The notes below the pieces were generated by a model that was not told where the DNA came from, did not search any database, and worked only from the letters and a program-made list of their open reading frames with translations. The position numbers and the translations under genes are program-made. Shown one piece after another: positions 20,001 to 30,840 of a stretch of 64,000 nucleotides of DNA. Numbering within the stretch: the first letter of the stretch is position 1; each line of letters starts with the position of its first letter. This stretch comes from a virus: the IMG/VR virus record IMGVR_UViG_3300044655_001360. One strand, 5' to 3'.

Positions 20001-23000
20001 CGGTTGATAGCCCATTTGCCTATTCAGATATGATTGGTAGTGGTGCGTATACGAAATTAACCTATACAGTTGATAATACGGACGTCACTACCTATGCATT
20101 ATCTAATAAGTTTAACCTAATAGACTTGAGCAATAATGCTGTCTATGTATACATTAACCGACTGAATTTAAAAGGTACATACACTAAAACTCAGTTATTA
20201 AACACCAAAGATTATCAGTTTAATGATGTTTATGGGTATGTTACGATTTCGTATGCACTGAATGTTGGTGATATTATTGAAATCAGAGAATATGTTTCAA
20301 CTGCTATCAATTATATACCAACAACACCATCTTCTATTGGTTTGCACAAAGCATACACGCCAATGATCTTTACAGATGATACTTATACAACACCAAGATT
20401 AGTCATTCAAGGTCACGATGGTAGTATCACTGCAGCATATGGGGATTTTAGAGACGAATTGCTGTTAGAATTGGAAATGCGTATCTATAACAACATAAAA
20501 CAGCAATATGACCCTGCTATTTTTGATATCGATGCGATTTTAGGTGGTTATTATAACACAGGAATGTACACTAAACAACAATTAGATAGTTTAATTCAGT
20601 CAGAATTCTACAAATGGATAACTCCATCTAATATTGACCATGTTCATAATAATTGGTATGAAGAGTTAAATGCATTTACTTATACCTATAATCAATCATT
20701 AGATCCAACGCTTACTCAAAAGTTGCCTGGTTACTGGCGTGGAATCTATAACTGGTTCTATGATACCGATCGACCACATCGATGCCCTTGGGAAATGCTT
20801 GGTTTTTCAGAACAGCCATCTTGGTGGGAATCAGAATACGGTTCTGCACCCTATACCAGTGAAAACTATATTCTATGGGAAGATTTGCGTGATGGTACTA
20901 TAAGACATGGAGTCCGTAAAGGAACATATGCGAGATATTCTCGTCCAGATTTACTAAATCATATCCCAGTTGATGGAAATGGTAAACTTATTGACCCAAT
21001 TGCATCTGGATTAGTCAATGATTTCAACACATTTACACAACAAGACAACTTTGCAGTGGGTGATATAGCTCCTGTTGAATATTCGTGGCGTTCAAGTTCA
21101 GATTGGCCATTCGTAATCAGCATTGCTCTTTGTTTATTGAAACCATTTGAGTACATTACTGATCGATTCGATATTTCAAGAACTAAACTGAATAAATTAG
21201 GACAAACTGTTCATAAAGATACTTCATTGTTTGTTACCTTGGATGATATTGTAGTACCAACTAACAATGAATTCTCAGTTGGCTTGGGTACATACTTAGT
21301 TGATGAAATTAAATCAAAAGGTATCGATGCTGCGATTATCGAAAAGAAAATTAAGAATTTGGATGTAAGATTATCGACAAGAATGTCAGGGTTTGTGGTT
21401 ACAGATCAGCAGCATTATCTTTTAGATAGTAAACACCAATCAGCGGTTGGTAATGTTTTTGTGCCACCTGAAAATGTTGATATCATTTTCAATGTTAGTT
21501 CATCCGTTAAAACTATTACTTATAGTGGTGTTATTGTTGAAAAAACAAATGGCGGATGGTTTATATCTGGTTACGATCGTAATAATCAATTCTTCAACTA
21601 TTATGGTGTTAATCCAGCAAACAATGACCCACAAATCACATTAACACCGGTTGATAACTCGTTATTGATGTCAGTTGGTGGTGTAAGCCAACCATTCACT
21701 GAATGGCAACCAAATGTTACTTATAAGAATGGTGAAATCGTTAAGTATCAAACCAAATTCTTTAAAGCATTGCGAACTAATATTAGTGAAACATTTGATA
21801 ATACGTATCATGACTGGCAAATGATGAAAAACTTACCAACAACTGGTGAGGTAACTGCACTTAAGCGAACATCATATAATAAATTTAGGCTTAAAGTGTT
21901 AAATTATGGTACTAAACTTGGTTCTATCCAAGAAGTTATTGATTTCTTATTTGGATATGAAGAATACCTGAAGAGCGTTGGCTTTGTATTTGATGGTTAT
22001 GATACTGCGACTCAATCTCCAATTAACTGGACAACAAGTGCCAAAGAACTTATGTTCTGGACAAAAAGTAACTGGGCGGAAGGTTCGTTAATCACATTAA
22101 GTCCAATTGCATCTAAAATTGATATTTCAATGGGTGGCGGTGTTGCTGAAAGTGTAATTGATGGATTTTACGAATATGAAATATTAAAAGCTAATGGGCA
22201 ACCTTTCCAGTTGAATGAAATCGATATCACTCGTTCATTCCAAAAGATAACTGTTTCACCTAATGCTAGTACAGATGGTATCTATTATTTGAATTTGTAT
22301 TGTGTGCTAAAAGAGCATGTTGCTATTTTTGATGATAGAACTGTATTCAATGATGTAATTTACGATAAGCCAACTGGTTATAGACAAGGTCGTATTAAAT
22401 CACAAGGTTATAGAACTGTTGATTGGGATGGTGATTACACCAGCCCAGGATTCTTGTTTGATAACGTGACTATTTCAACCTGGGCTCCATACACTGATTA
22501 TAAAATGGGAGATATCGTAGCATATCGTTCTAATAATTGGACAAGTTCAGCAAATCAATTAGGAACTGCTAATTTCGACGATACCGCATGGACTAAATTA
22601 GATTCAACACCCACTAAACAGTTGATTGCCAATTATGATTATAAGGTAAACCAGTTTGAGGATTTTTATGATGTAACCTCGGAAGGTATCGGTGAAAATC
22701 AACGTAGTTTGGCTAGACATGCTATTGGTTATCAAACCAGAGAATATTTGCAAGCACTAGCACCAGATCCAGTAACTCAATTCCAATTATATCAAGGATT
22801 TATTCGAGAAAAAGGAACGGCAAATGCAATTAACAAGGTATTTGATAAACTAAGCCGTTCTGGTGATTCTAGTATAGTTATGAATGAAGAATGGGCATTC
22901 CGAGTTGGTCAATTTGGTGGATTAGATCAATTGCGTGAAGTTGAATTCCAAGTTCAAAAAGGAATGTTTAAACTGAACCCACAGGCAATCGAAATAGCAA

Positions 23001-26000
23001 CTGCTGTTACGACACCAGCAAACGATCAAAAATATCAGATAGTGAAAGATAATTTCACGATTGCACCAACACCATACGTTACAAACATTCATCCAGTCAC
23101 GAAAAATGAACCGGTGAGAACTGCTGGTTATGTAAAAACTGATCATGTTGATGTTACAGTTAAATCACGAAATGACATTTTAGCGTTAGATATCACCAAG
23201 ATATACGAAAATGACCACATATGGGTGACATTTAACGATTATTCATGGGATGTATTACGATATAATCAAACTAATCTTAGAATCACTGCACTTGCTGCTA
23301 GTGGAACAAGTTATATGTTGACGTTATCTGAAAGACATGGATTGAACGTTGATGATATTATTGGTATTAAACCAATCAATGTAATAACAGAATTAACTGG
23401 ATTCTTTAAAGTAACTGCAATTGAATGGAATGCTATCACAATTGATGGTAGCGCAATCACAGGAACACCAACCTTACCTGATATTAAACCATTGCATATT
23501 AGTGTATTGACGACTGCCAGATTCAGTAATTATGATAAGGTTGATCCAGAAATGGCTGCTACTTATGTAAAAGGTGCTAAACTATGGATTGATAACAATT
23601 CAACCGGTGATTGGGAAGTTGTTGAGAAACAAAATACTTATACTGATTATGGTTTAAAAGAAACAAATTATGGTATAACGGGAACTCCGTTAAATGCCGG
23701 AACTGCGGTTGCGTATTCAAGTGAATTGGGACAAACCATGGTCGGTGTTGCTGGTTCTGATTATGTGTTGGTATACGAAGGAACTTCTTTTACAAAAAGA
23801 AAAATCTTAATCAACCCACCAACTAGTTTGGGTGAACACTTAAATGGATCATTTGGTGCGACAATCACCTTATCACCAGATTCACGATTCATGGCTATTG
23901 GTGCACCAAAAGCAAGTTACGTGCATAGTAACTTCAATGACAGACCTTACCTACCAGCCAATGATTATTCGTATGGTGATATTGTACTGTATGATGACAT
24001 GATATGGGAAGCAACCTTAGATATTATTACAGATGGAAGTTCAAATTCAATTTATTCCGAAGATTGGAGACCAGCATCAATAGTACCAGCGACATCAGTT
24101 GGTAGAAATTCCGGTTATGTAAATCAAGGTGCAGTCGCAATCTATGAAAATACCGATATTGGTTGGAAGTTAATGCGTACATTCATTAGCCCAAGACCAG
24201 CCGATGACAAATTCTTTGGATCAGAAATAGCAATTGGTGTTGCAACTGATGGCACGTATACGATGGCCGTTACTTCAACGAATGGTACTGGCCAAGTTTA
24301 TATGTATGAATTCCTTGGAACTACATGGAAACATTACAGACATGCCACTACCGTAAATCAATACAATCCTTTCTTAACTAATGGACTTTCAGTTGCAATT
24401 AGTAAGGATTGTTCAACTGTATTAGTTGGAAAACCAAATACAGGCAATGGCGAAGTTATTCCATATGTACTTCATTCTAATCATCAATATGCTGCAATTG
24501 CAACTATTGGAAATACTACAGGTAATGTAGGAGACCTGTTTGGTTATAAAGTTGCATTGAGTGAAGATGGATCCACTGCCATTGTTTCTAGCCCTAATGC
24601 TGATGTTATGGTACCAGATCAAGGTTCCGTTTATGTAATTCCTAAATTAAACGGGGTTTATGACAGAACAAAAGAGCAACAATTACAGAGCTTTGATGCT
24701 TTATCTAATGAACTGTTTGGTACTTCATTATCTTTTAGTGCGACTGGTAACACTCTAGCTGTTGGTGCTAAAAATACATTATTCACACAATACTATACAT
24801 TTGATAGTGGTAAAACTGTATTCGATGAAGATAATACACAATTTGTAACATCAATTGGTAGTGCTGGTGGAGTTTATGTATTTGAAAAGAAAGGGTCTAA
24901 GTATTTCTTAACCTCCAAACCAACACCATCTGACATTGCTATGGTTCCATATGAATCATATGGTCATGCAGTTGCTTGTACTGACGATGTTGTCGTTGTC
25001 GGATCACCAACTTATGTGGCTCAAGGTGCCAGTGACCAGATTGGTATGGTTCGTTTATTTGCACAGGACAAATTCGTTAACTCGTGGAATACAATTGCAC
25101 ATCAATCTGCAGTGGTTGATATTACAAAAATCAAAAGTGTTGAGCTATACGATGACGTTAAGAATATCAAAATACAAGATTTGGATTATGTTGATCATGC
25201 AAAATTGAAAGTTCTTAACTACGCAGAGCAAGCAATTACCTATAAAACATTATATGACCCAGCGGTATATACAAATGGTACTGATGATACAACGCAAATT
25301 ATTGAACCATCACAATCTTGGGAAGATTCACATGTTGGTAAATTGTGGTGGGATGTATCTTCTGTAAAATGGGTATATGCTGAACAAGGCGATTTTGCAT
25401 ACAGAACAGGCCATTGGAATCAAATGGCAACTGGTTCTAGTGTAGATATCTATGAATGGGTTAAAACCAAGTTATTACCGTCGGAATGGGCTTCGTTGGC
25501 TGATACAAATGAAGGTATATCTGTAGGAGTTTCAGGGAATCCATTGTATCCTAATGATGATGTATTAACAGTTAAAACTTTATACAATACTGTTACTGGT
25601 GTTGCGACCGATACATTCTATTATTACTGGGTTAAAAATCCTGTAATAATACCAAGTGGATCAACTAGAACAGTGTCTGCATCGGATGTTTCAACGGCTA
25701 TTTCAAACCCAATTGGGACTGGTATTGCATTTGTTGCATTTACTGGTGAAAATGAATTATTAACATTCAACCTTGGTGCTAAAATGTCATCTGACACGGC
25801 ATTAATTAATACCATCTATTACAAAGATGATTCTGCGTTGATACCAGTTCATAATGAATATCAATTACTAACAGAAGGTGTAGCATCTAGTATACCATCA
25901 CCTCAATTGGAATTAAAATGGATTGATAGTTTAATTGGTGCTGATTCAGCAGGTAACAGAGTTCCTGATGATAGATTACCGGTAAAACAACGTTATGGAT

Positions 26001-29000
26001 TATCTTTTAGACCAAGACAAAGTATGTTTATTGATAGAACTAATGTTCTACAATCTGCAATTGAGCATATTAATGGCGTGTTAGTAAAAGCACCATTCAC
26101 AAGCAGTGTTAATTTTGAAATCTTGAATTCAATTGATCCGGTACCAACCGTTGAATCTAATAGATATGATACGGTAGTTGATTCATTTATCGACTTACAA
26201 TACGTTAATACTGGTAATGCACAACAAGCTGTTCTTGAACTTGGGTTGACCAATGGAAAAGTAACAGAAGTTACTATTGTAAACCAAGGTTATGGATACA
26301 AACCATCAATCCCAGTTTATGAAAACTTAGATTTACCATTATACAACTACAAAGGCACTGGTTATAAAGGACCATTGGTAACGGTTAACGGGAATGGTTC
26401 TGGTGCAGTTATTGAATTGATTATCGACAATTACGGTCGTGTAATCATGGCTAAAATCAAGTACAGTGGTAAAAAGTACAGCATTGCGTCTGCAAACGTT
26501 AGACCGTTATCTGTATTGGTTAGAGCAGATGAAACTGTTGATAATTTCTGGAGTATCTATGAATGGAATGCTAATATTAATCAATTTAGCCGTACTGCCA
26601 CCCAACAATACGATGCTACTAGATATTGGTCTTATATCGATTGGTGGAAATCTGGTTACGGATTATCATCAAGAATAGTCAAAGAAATCCAAAATATCGT
26701 TTCGATGAATGATTTAGAAACCGAGGTTGGTGACTTAATCAGAATCAAAGAATACGAAAATGGTGGATGGGCTGTATTTGAAAGAATCGCAGCTGAAGGA
26801 GAGCTTACTGCTGTAACTAATTATGATTTAGCAGTATTCTCTGACTACTACACAATAGTTGGTCGTGAAAATGGAACTATCCAATTGAGTGATATTCTAT
26901 ATAAAACTACATTTGGATATGATGGAGTTTCCCCGTTTGATGGTATTTCATACGATAGAGATTTTACACGAGAACTTCGTTTGATTTTACAAGCAGTAAA
27001 ACAAGATATCTTTACTAGTGAATACACGGTTGAATGGAATAACTTGTTCTTCTCAAGTATACGTGCAGCATTTGCTGAACAGATGTACATCGATTGGGCA
27101 TTTAAAACAAGTTTCATTACGGCTACCCATAATATTGGTCCGTTCAAACAATCATTGCATTATAATAGTGATAACTTGAGTAGTTTTGAAAGTTACATCA
27201 ACGAAGTTAAACCATATAGAACTACTGTTAGAGAATACATTAGTAAGTATGATTCAATTGAAATGGCAGTAACTGGTATGTCTGATTTTGATTTACAACC
27301 AGCGTATAATTACGAATATGGTAAAATCATGCCAATGAATAGTTTAACTACATTTAGTGGATATCCATGGAAATGGTGGTCTGATGATCATGCTTATTCA
27401 GTTACTGAAATCGTAGTCCACGATCAAGGTTCTGGTTATGAAATGGCACCCGCAGTTAAAATATCAGGTAGTGGAACTGGTGCAATCGCAAAGGCGTATA
27501 TCGCTAACGGAAAAGTAACCAAAATCAAAATAACTTCGGGTGGTTTTGGATACTTGGCTGCACCAAAAGTAGAATTATCTGGTGGCAATCCAATAAGCAA
27601 TGCAACAGCAGTGGCATTCATTGGTGATAGTAATGCTCGTATGTTTGATTTAACCATGAAATTTGATAGGATTTCAAAAACAGGATCAGTTGAAGGTTTC
27701 ACTTATACAGATTCATTCCCAATAGTAAGCGGTGATTCATCATCTTTTAGATTGACGTTCCCAGCAAATGAACAAAAATCTAAAATAAAAGTAACTAAGA
27801 ATGGTAATGTTATTTTAGGTGATTCGTTTAGTATAGTAACTACTGCAGTTAATGATCTTTTGGTGAGTGATTTGGTATTGAACGAAATACCAAAAGCTAA
27901 TGATTCAATCGTTATAACTTACGAGAAAACTGATGCTATTTTAGATGCGGTTGATAGAGTTGAAAAGTATTACGATCCAACTGCTGGAATGAAAGGTAAA
28001 CAATTATCGCAATTGATTACTGGTATCGATTTTGGTGGTGTTCAAATACAAGGTGCAACTTTCGATGTATCTGGTGGTTGGGATGCGATGCCATGGGCTA
28101 CTGATACATGGGATAGTATTGAATCTGATAATACTCACTGGCATTATTGTGAAGCTATTGACGAGAATCACCCAGAGATTCCAGATAATACCTTGCAAAT
28201 TACGTTACCGTATACACCAGCTACTGGTCAGCACATCAACGTTTATATCAAACCAGCTGATCCAAATAGAATTTTAAAATTGCAACCATATGGCTTGAAA
28301 GCATCACCATATTCTAAACCACCTGAAATCATAAGAATTGATGATATTGCCTATACTCCACAGTGGGATTCTGCTAGTACGGTAAACCCATATGCTGTTA
28401 TGCCAACTTTTGTTGGTGATGGATCTAATAAAGTGATTTCAATCGGTTCGCATATTAGTACATTTAAAGGTGATATTATCATACTTAGAATGGCTACTAG
28501 TGATGGCTCAATGGCGATTGATGATCCAAGTATCATCGATACAAATTTACAAGGTGGAACATTAGCATATATGAATGGTGCATATTCAACTGCAACTGGA
28601 TTAACAGCAGATGAAATTGCTATTGATGGTGGTGTGTTTATTAGTAAAGCTCATGTACCTGCAACTGAAGAAAATATTCCAGGACAAGTATTAGATAGTG
28701 TTAGCATTCGTGTATTTGATGAATCTGCAAATAGCGCAGCACCATTGCATAGCAGATATACAACTGGTGATGACGTAACATCTACTTTTGAGATTGGTAT
28801 GAAAGTAATTGACTCAACCGCTGTTATTGTAACAGTTGATGGTATTAAACGTAAGTTAGGAACTGACTACACCTTAGATGTTGTAAGCAGTACAATTACA
28901 TTCAAAACACCACCAGTTTCTGGTAAATTGATTTCGATTGATGCGATTGGTGTCGGTGGATTGGGTATTATAGCTAGTAATACATTTACTGCTAATGGTA

Positions 29001-30649
29001 AAACTACTAAATTTACAACAGCTGCGGCATTCAAGGATACAACTTCAGTATATGTGACAGTTGATGGTGTTGAGACAGCTGCAAGTTTTGGATCGACTGG
29101 TAACAAATCCAGTGGTAAAACCTATGTAGAATTGGCGAATAAACCAGTTAGTGGTTCAGTGATAAATGCTGTGTGTTTCAGTGGAACTAATGATCAATTT
29201 AATTCATCCATTATTCAACTAAAAAACCAAACGGTTGCATACTCAGGAAATCCAGTTATCACAGTTCAACTGTTCGATAAAACACCAACAACGACATCAC
29301 CAATTCCAGCAATTGTTGAATTAAATGGTGGGATATTAACTGGTAACGATTCGATATATGCGATATATGATGGGGTTGTTAATACGTTCTATATCGAGAA
29401 AAAGCAAAACTCAATCGTACCAGCTAACATCAAAGTTTATGTGAATAACCAACTAATTGCATTTATCAATGATTATGATTTTAGTGTGGATATGACTAGT
29501 TTAACTATCAACAAAGCATTGACGGTTGGTGATACCATTCTGATTACCAACGACTTTGAAGCACAATATTCTATAGTTGGTAATCAAATCACGTTTAATA
29601 CCGCTAAAGTGCAATTGACAACTGGTGATTCCATATCGGTTACTTGGTTTACTAACTACGAAAGTATGCAATTAGTTATTGACGAGACTGTTGGGGGTAA
29701 AGTGAAATATTACCTACCGTTTAAACCAATCGCATCTAGTTACCTCTGGGTATACAAAAATGGAATTAAGATGATTGCGGATAAAGACTATTCCGTAACC
29801 AATAATTACATGGTATTTGAGTCTATAACGAATGCCACTGATGCTATTAAGATTATCATATTCGGTGCAAATTTGAGACGTGAAGCCTGTGCATTTGAGA
29901 TAACCAAGGATATGTTTAATACAAGTGGTTATTATCGTTATTCAATGAATTCCGTGAAATTAGCCACTGACTTGAATTATTACGATACTTCGCTACAAGT
30001 TACTGATGCGAGTAATTTATACGTTCCACAACCTATGAGTAATGCTCCTGGTGTAGTTTGTATAAATGGTGAACGAATCCAGTATTTTAAAGTCACTGGT
30101 AATGTACTATCGCAATTGCGTCGTGGTGTGTTAGGTACATCAATCGCTGCGGTACATAAAGCAGATAGTTACGTTGTTGATGCTAGTTTATTAGAAAAAT
30201 TACCGTACTCAGATACTGAAGAACGTATCGATGTTATTTCTGGTAGTTTATCTAAGGAAATACCAGTTGATTTTTTACCAATTAAATCGAATAGAACTAA
30301 TTGGACTAGAGATGCAAAATCGACAATTCCTGCTAATTTTGGGCCTTGTGATCAAATTGAAGTCTTTGTGGCTGGTCGTAGATTACACAAAAACCCAATG
30401 ATGATGTTTGATGCTTCAACAAACTCTGATGTATTTGTAGATGCAGAATTTTCCGTTGATGGAACAACAAGAGTAGTTAGATTAACAACACCAGCACCAG
30501 TAGGTACTCGAGTCACTATCTTCCGTAAAGTTGGAAAAGTTTGGTACGATCAAGGTAGTTCAACTGCTAGTAATGGCGAGACTTTACTTGAAAATTCAAC
30601 ACCAGTAGCTAAGTTTATTGCCTTAAAAACGTCGATGGTTCCCGACTAA
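17099..30649 (+). CDS. Giant virion structural protein (gp7-like wedge with appended domains), 4516 aa
   Basis: Follows gp6; LLP..FQT..NKKF start; CBM-like aromatic repeats, 7 FG-GAP-like blades, G.GY repeats, YINEVKPY.T. Confidence 0.75.
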   Translation: MTDQLYPKSQLPIRKTEELLPGVFQTDANKKFMSAVVDPLVQPGLLEKTVGYVGRRYGKTFVGSDIYLDSDNSLRSRYQLEPGVVFNNNGTIDNFYDYIDFKNQLKFFGNTVERDDLITSQEHYSWNPPIVWDKFINYREYYWEPNGPLSVPVNGELNTFVVSEYDVSIDSNSFVFNPKSEIPLNNPTINLYRGQTYKFNVNAPKEGFIIRNKYDTGSLMYNYMYSYINGQLAVYDNQLLRAKHTIPSHSVPTLPDTVLDWEVVQFIYQAEISYYNPSTEYTVGEFVVFDDFLWQATVNIPVNTTTTVTTDKWRNFGVVVNTPTLDYTKGITNNGTSSGTITFVVPFDAPDELYYQSPIDPNKFGRFIIDDITTNTKTIEVDKTIIGMKNYTSGDGIVLTNGMVIQFYGSVSPAKYASDTWLVNGVGSAITLIRFSDLTTPTISKDVPTVMFDNSGFDTEPFDNAASYPGSQDYITISHASVDSNPWSRYNRWFHRSVLEYSCKLRGVEYSAPEEMRAKRPIIEFTANLQLFNHGTHAKQAVDAVDNITTDVFSTIEGARSYNIDGFELSSGVRILITADKDGLANNKIYKVTFVADQQTNAPVIHLVAVDDTNPIIGECVLVKSGKEFGGSMYHFDGTSWKLSQAKTSLNQAPLFDIFDENEVSLANTETYPASNFTGSKILSYKVGNGRTDSHLGFSLSYLNINNIGDIQFNWNFGTDTYIFVENNNKITRKVATGYYRTNFIGSEYANGWIATDNKYIQPVIDSFVVKEATNEINFTPINFYESIQDAWTVKFYLNGEPLTASYTRDQNLFTFSQTFTIGDVVSIKVISANDPDTGYYEIPVGLEKNPLNTELDTFTLGQADDHVKSAVDFHDRFTGTIPGISNLRDIDNYQQFATRFLKHSGITPLAISTLCDKDQNIIKALRYAKKMYIEFKNNFLDRAVMMPLLPAADTVDDIIASLTKTKTVDSPFAYSDMIGSGAYTKLTYTVDNTDVTTYALSNKFNLIDLSNNAVYVYINRLNLKGTYTKTQLLNTKDYQFNDVYGYVTISYALNVGDIIEIREYVSTAINYIPTTPSSIGLHKAYTPMIFTDDTYTTPRLVIQGHDGSITAAYGDFRDELLLELEMRIYNNIKQQYDPAIFDIDAILGGYYNTGMYTKQQLDSLIQSEFYKWITPSNIDHVHNNWYEELNAFTYTYNQSLDPTLTQKLPGYWRGIYNWFYDTDRPHRCPWEMLGFSEQPSWWESEYGSAPYTSENYILWEDLRDGTIRHGVRKGTYARYSRPDLLNHIPVDGNGKLIDPIASGLVNDFNTFTQQDNFAVGDIAPVEYSWRSSSDWPFVISIALCLLKPFEYITDRFDISRTKLNKLGQTVHKDTSLFVTLDDIVVPTNNEFSVGLGTYLVDEIKSKGIDAAIIEKKIKNLDVRLSTRMSGFVVTDQQHYLLDSKHQSAVGNVFVPPENVDIIFNVSSSVKTITYSGVIVEKTNGGWFISGYDRNNQFFNYYGVNPANNDPQITLTPVDNSLLMSVGGVSQPFTEWQPNVTYKNGEIVKYQTKFFKALRTNISETFDNTYHDWQMMKNLPTTGEVTALKRTSYNKFRLKVLNYGTKLGSIQEVIDFLFGYEEYLKSVGFVFDGYDTATQSPINWTTSAKELMFWTKSNWAEGSLITLSPIASKIDISMGGGVAESVIDGFYEYEILKANGQPFQLNEIDITRSFQKITVSPNASTDGIYYLNLYCVLKEHVAIFDDRTVFNDVIYDKPTGYRQGRIKSQGYRTVDWDGDYTSPGFLFDNVTISTWAPYTDYKMGDIVAYRSNNWTSSANQLGTANFDDTAWTKLDSTPTKQLIANYDYKVNQFEDFYDVTSEGIGENQRSLARHAIGYQTREYLQALAPDPVTQFQLYQGFIREKGTANAINKVFDKLSRSGDSSIVMNEEWAFRVGQFGGLDQLREVEFQVQKGMFKLNPQAIEIATAVTTPANDQKYQIVKDNFTIAPTPYVTNIHPVTKNEPVRTAGYVKTDHVDVTVKSRNDILALDITKIYENDHIWVTFNDYSWDVLRYNQTNLRITALAASGTSYMLTLSERHGLNVDDIIGIKPINVITELTGFFKVTAIEWNAITIDGSAITGTPTLPDIKPLHISVLTTARFSNYDKVDPEMAATYVKGAKLWIDNNSTGDWEVVEKQNTYTDYGLKETNYGITGTPLNAGTAVAYSSELGQTMVGVAGSDYVLVYEGTSFTKRKILINPPTSLGEHLNGSFGATITLSPDSRFMAIGAPKASYVHSNFNDRPYLPANDYSYGDIVLYDDMIWEATLDIITDGSSNSIYSEDWRPASIVPATSVGRNSGYVNQGAVAIYENTDIGWKLMRTFISPRPADDKFFGSEIAIGVATDGTYTMAVTSTNGTGQVYMYEFLGTTWKHYRHATTVNQYNPFLTNGLSVAISKDCSTVLVGKPNTGNGEVIPYVLHSNHQYAAIATIGNTTGNVGDLFGYKVALSEDGSTAIVSSPNADVMVPDQGSVYVIPKLNGVYDRTKEQQLQSFDALSNELFGTSLSFSATGNTLAVGAKNTLFTQYYTFDSGKTVFDEDNTQFVTSIGSAGGVYVFEKKGSKYFLTSKPTPSDIAMVPYESYGHAVACTDDVVVVGSPTYVAQGASDQIGMVRLFAQDKFVNSWNTIAHQSAVVDITKIKSVELYDDVKNIKIQDLDYVDHAKLKVLNYAEQAITYKTLYDPAVYTNGTDDTTQIIEPSQSWEDSHVGKLWWDVSSVKWVYAEQGDFAYRTGHWNQMATGSSVDIYEWVKTKLLPSEWASLADTNEGISVGVSGNPLYPNDDVLTVKTLYNTVTGVATDTFYYYWVKNPVIIPSGSTRTVSASDVSTAISNPIGTGIAFVAFTGENELLTFNLGAKMSSDTALINTIYYKDDSALIPVHNEYQLLTEGVASSIPSPQLELKWIDSLIGADSAGNRVPDDRLPVKQRYGLSFRPRQSMFIDRTNVLQSAIEHINGVLVKAPFTSSVNFEILNSIDPVPTVESNRYDTVVDSFIDLQYVNTGNAQQAVLELGLTNGKVTEVTIVNQGYGYKPSIPVYENLDLPLYNYKGTGYKGPLVTVNGNGSGAVIELIIDNYGRVIMAKIKYSGKKYSIASANVRPLSVLVRADETVDNFWSIYEWNANINQFSRTATQQYDATRYWSYIDWWKSGYGLSSRIVKEIQNIVSMNDLETEVGDLIRIKEYENGGWAVFERIAAEGELTAVTNYDLAVFSDYYTIVGRENGTIQLSDILYKTTFGYDGVSPFDGISYDRDFTRELRLILQAVKQDIFTSEYTVEWNNLFFSSIRAAFAEQMYIDWAFKTSFITATHNIGPFKQSLHYNSDNLSSFESYINEVKPYRTTVREYISKYDSIEMAVTGMSDFDLQPAYNYEYGKIMPMNSLTTFSGYPWKWWSDDHAYSVTEIVVHDQGSGYEMAPAVKISGSGTGAIAKAYIANGKVTKIKITSGGFGYLAAPKVELSGGNPISNATAVAFIGDSNARMFDLTMKFDRISKTGSVEGFTYTDSFPIVSGDSSSFRLTFPANEQKSKIKVTKNGNVILGDSFSIVTTAVNDLLVSDLVLNEIPKANDSIVITYEKTDAILDAVDRVEKYYDPTAGMKGKQLSQLITGIDFGGVQIQGATFDVSGGWDAMPWATDTWDSIESDNTHWHYCEAIDENHPEIPDNTLQITLPYTPATGQHINVYIKPADPNRILKLQPYGLKASPYSKPPEIIRIDDIAYTPQWDSASTVNPYAVMPTFVGDGSNKVISIGSHISTFKGDIIILRMATSDGSMAIDDPSIIDTNLQGGTLAYMNGAYSTATGLTADEIAIDGGVFISKAHVPATEENIPGQVLDSVSIRVFDESANSAAPLHSRYTTGDDVTSTFEIGMKVIDSTAVIVTVDGIKRKLGTDYTLDVVSSTITFKTPPVSGKLISIDAIGVGGLGIIASNTFTANGKTTKFTTAAAFKDTTSVYVTVDGVETAASFGSTGNKSSGKTYVELANKPVSGSVINAVCFSGTNDQFNSSIIQLKNQTVAYSGNPVITVQLFDKTPTTTSPIPAIVELNGGILTGNDSIYAIYDGVVNTFYIEKKQNSIVPANIKVYVNNQLIAFINDYDFSVDMTSLTINKALTVGDTILITNDFEAQYSIVGNQITFNTAKVQLTTGDSISVTWFTNYESMQLVIDETVGGKVKYYLPFKPIASSYLWVYKNGIKMIADKDYSVTNNYMVFESITNATDAIKIIIFGANLRREACAFEITKDMFNTSGYYRYSMNSVKLATDLNYYDTSLQVTDASNLYVPQPMSNAPGVVCINGERIQYFKVTGNVLSQLRRGVLGTSIAAVHKADSYVVDASLLEKLPYSDTEERIDVISGSLSKEIPVDFLPIKSNRTNWTRDAKSTIPANFGPCDQIEVFVAGRRLHKNPMMMFDASTNSDVFVDAEFSVDGTTRVVRLTTPAPVGTRVTIFRKVGKVWYDQGSSTASNGETLLENSTPVAKFIALKTSMVPD

Positions 30650-30682
30650 ATATAGGATATAACTAACTTTTAAGGGCTACTA

Positions 30683-30820
30683 ATGGCAGAAATTGACAAC
30701 TCTACCGGTGAACAACCGGTAGAACCTAAACCAGATGAAATGAATGGCTTTCACTGCGAAGGCCATCTCAAGATTTTCGACCCAGAAACTGAAGAAGTTT
30801 TCGTTTCAGCAAGAGCCTAA
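30683..30820 (+). CDS. 45-aa protein homologous to the N-terminus of the next gene (absent from ORF track)
   Basis: MAEIDNSTGEQPVEPKPDEMNGFHCEGHLKIFDPETEEVFVSARA; preceded by CTAAATA and AAGGG. Confidence 0.7.
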   Translation: MAEIDNSTGEQPVEPKPDEMNGFHCEGHLKIFDPETEEVFVSARA

Positions 30821-30840
30821 CACAACAACCGGTATAATAG

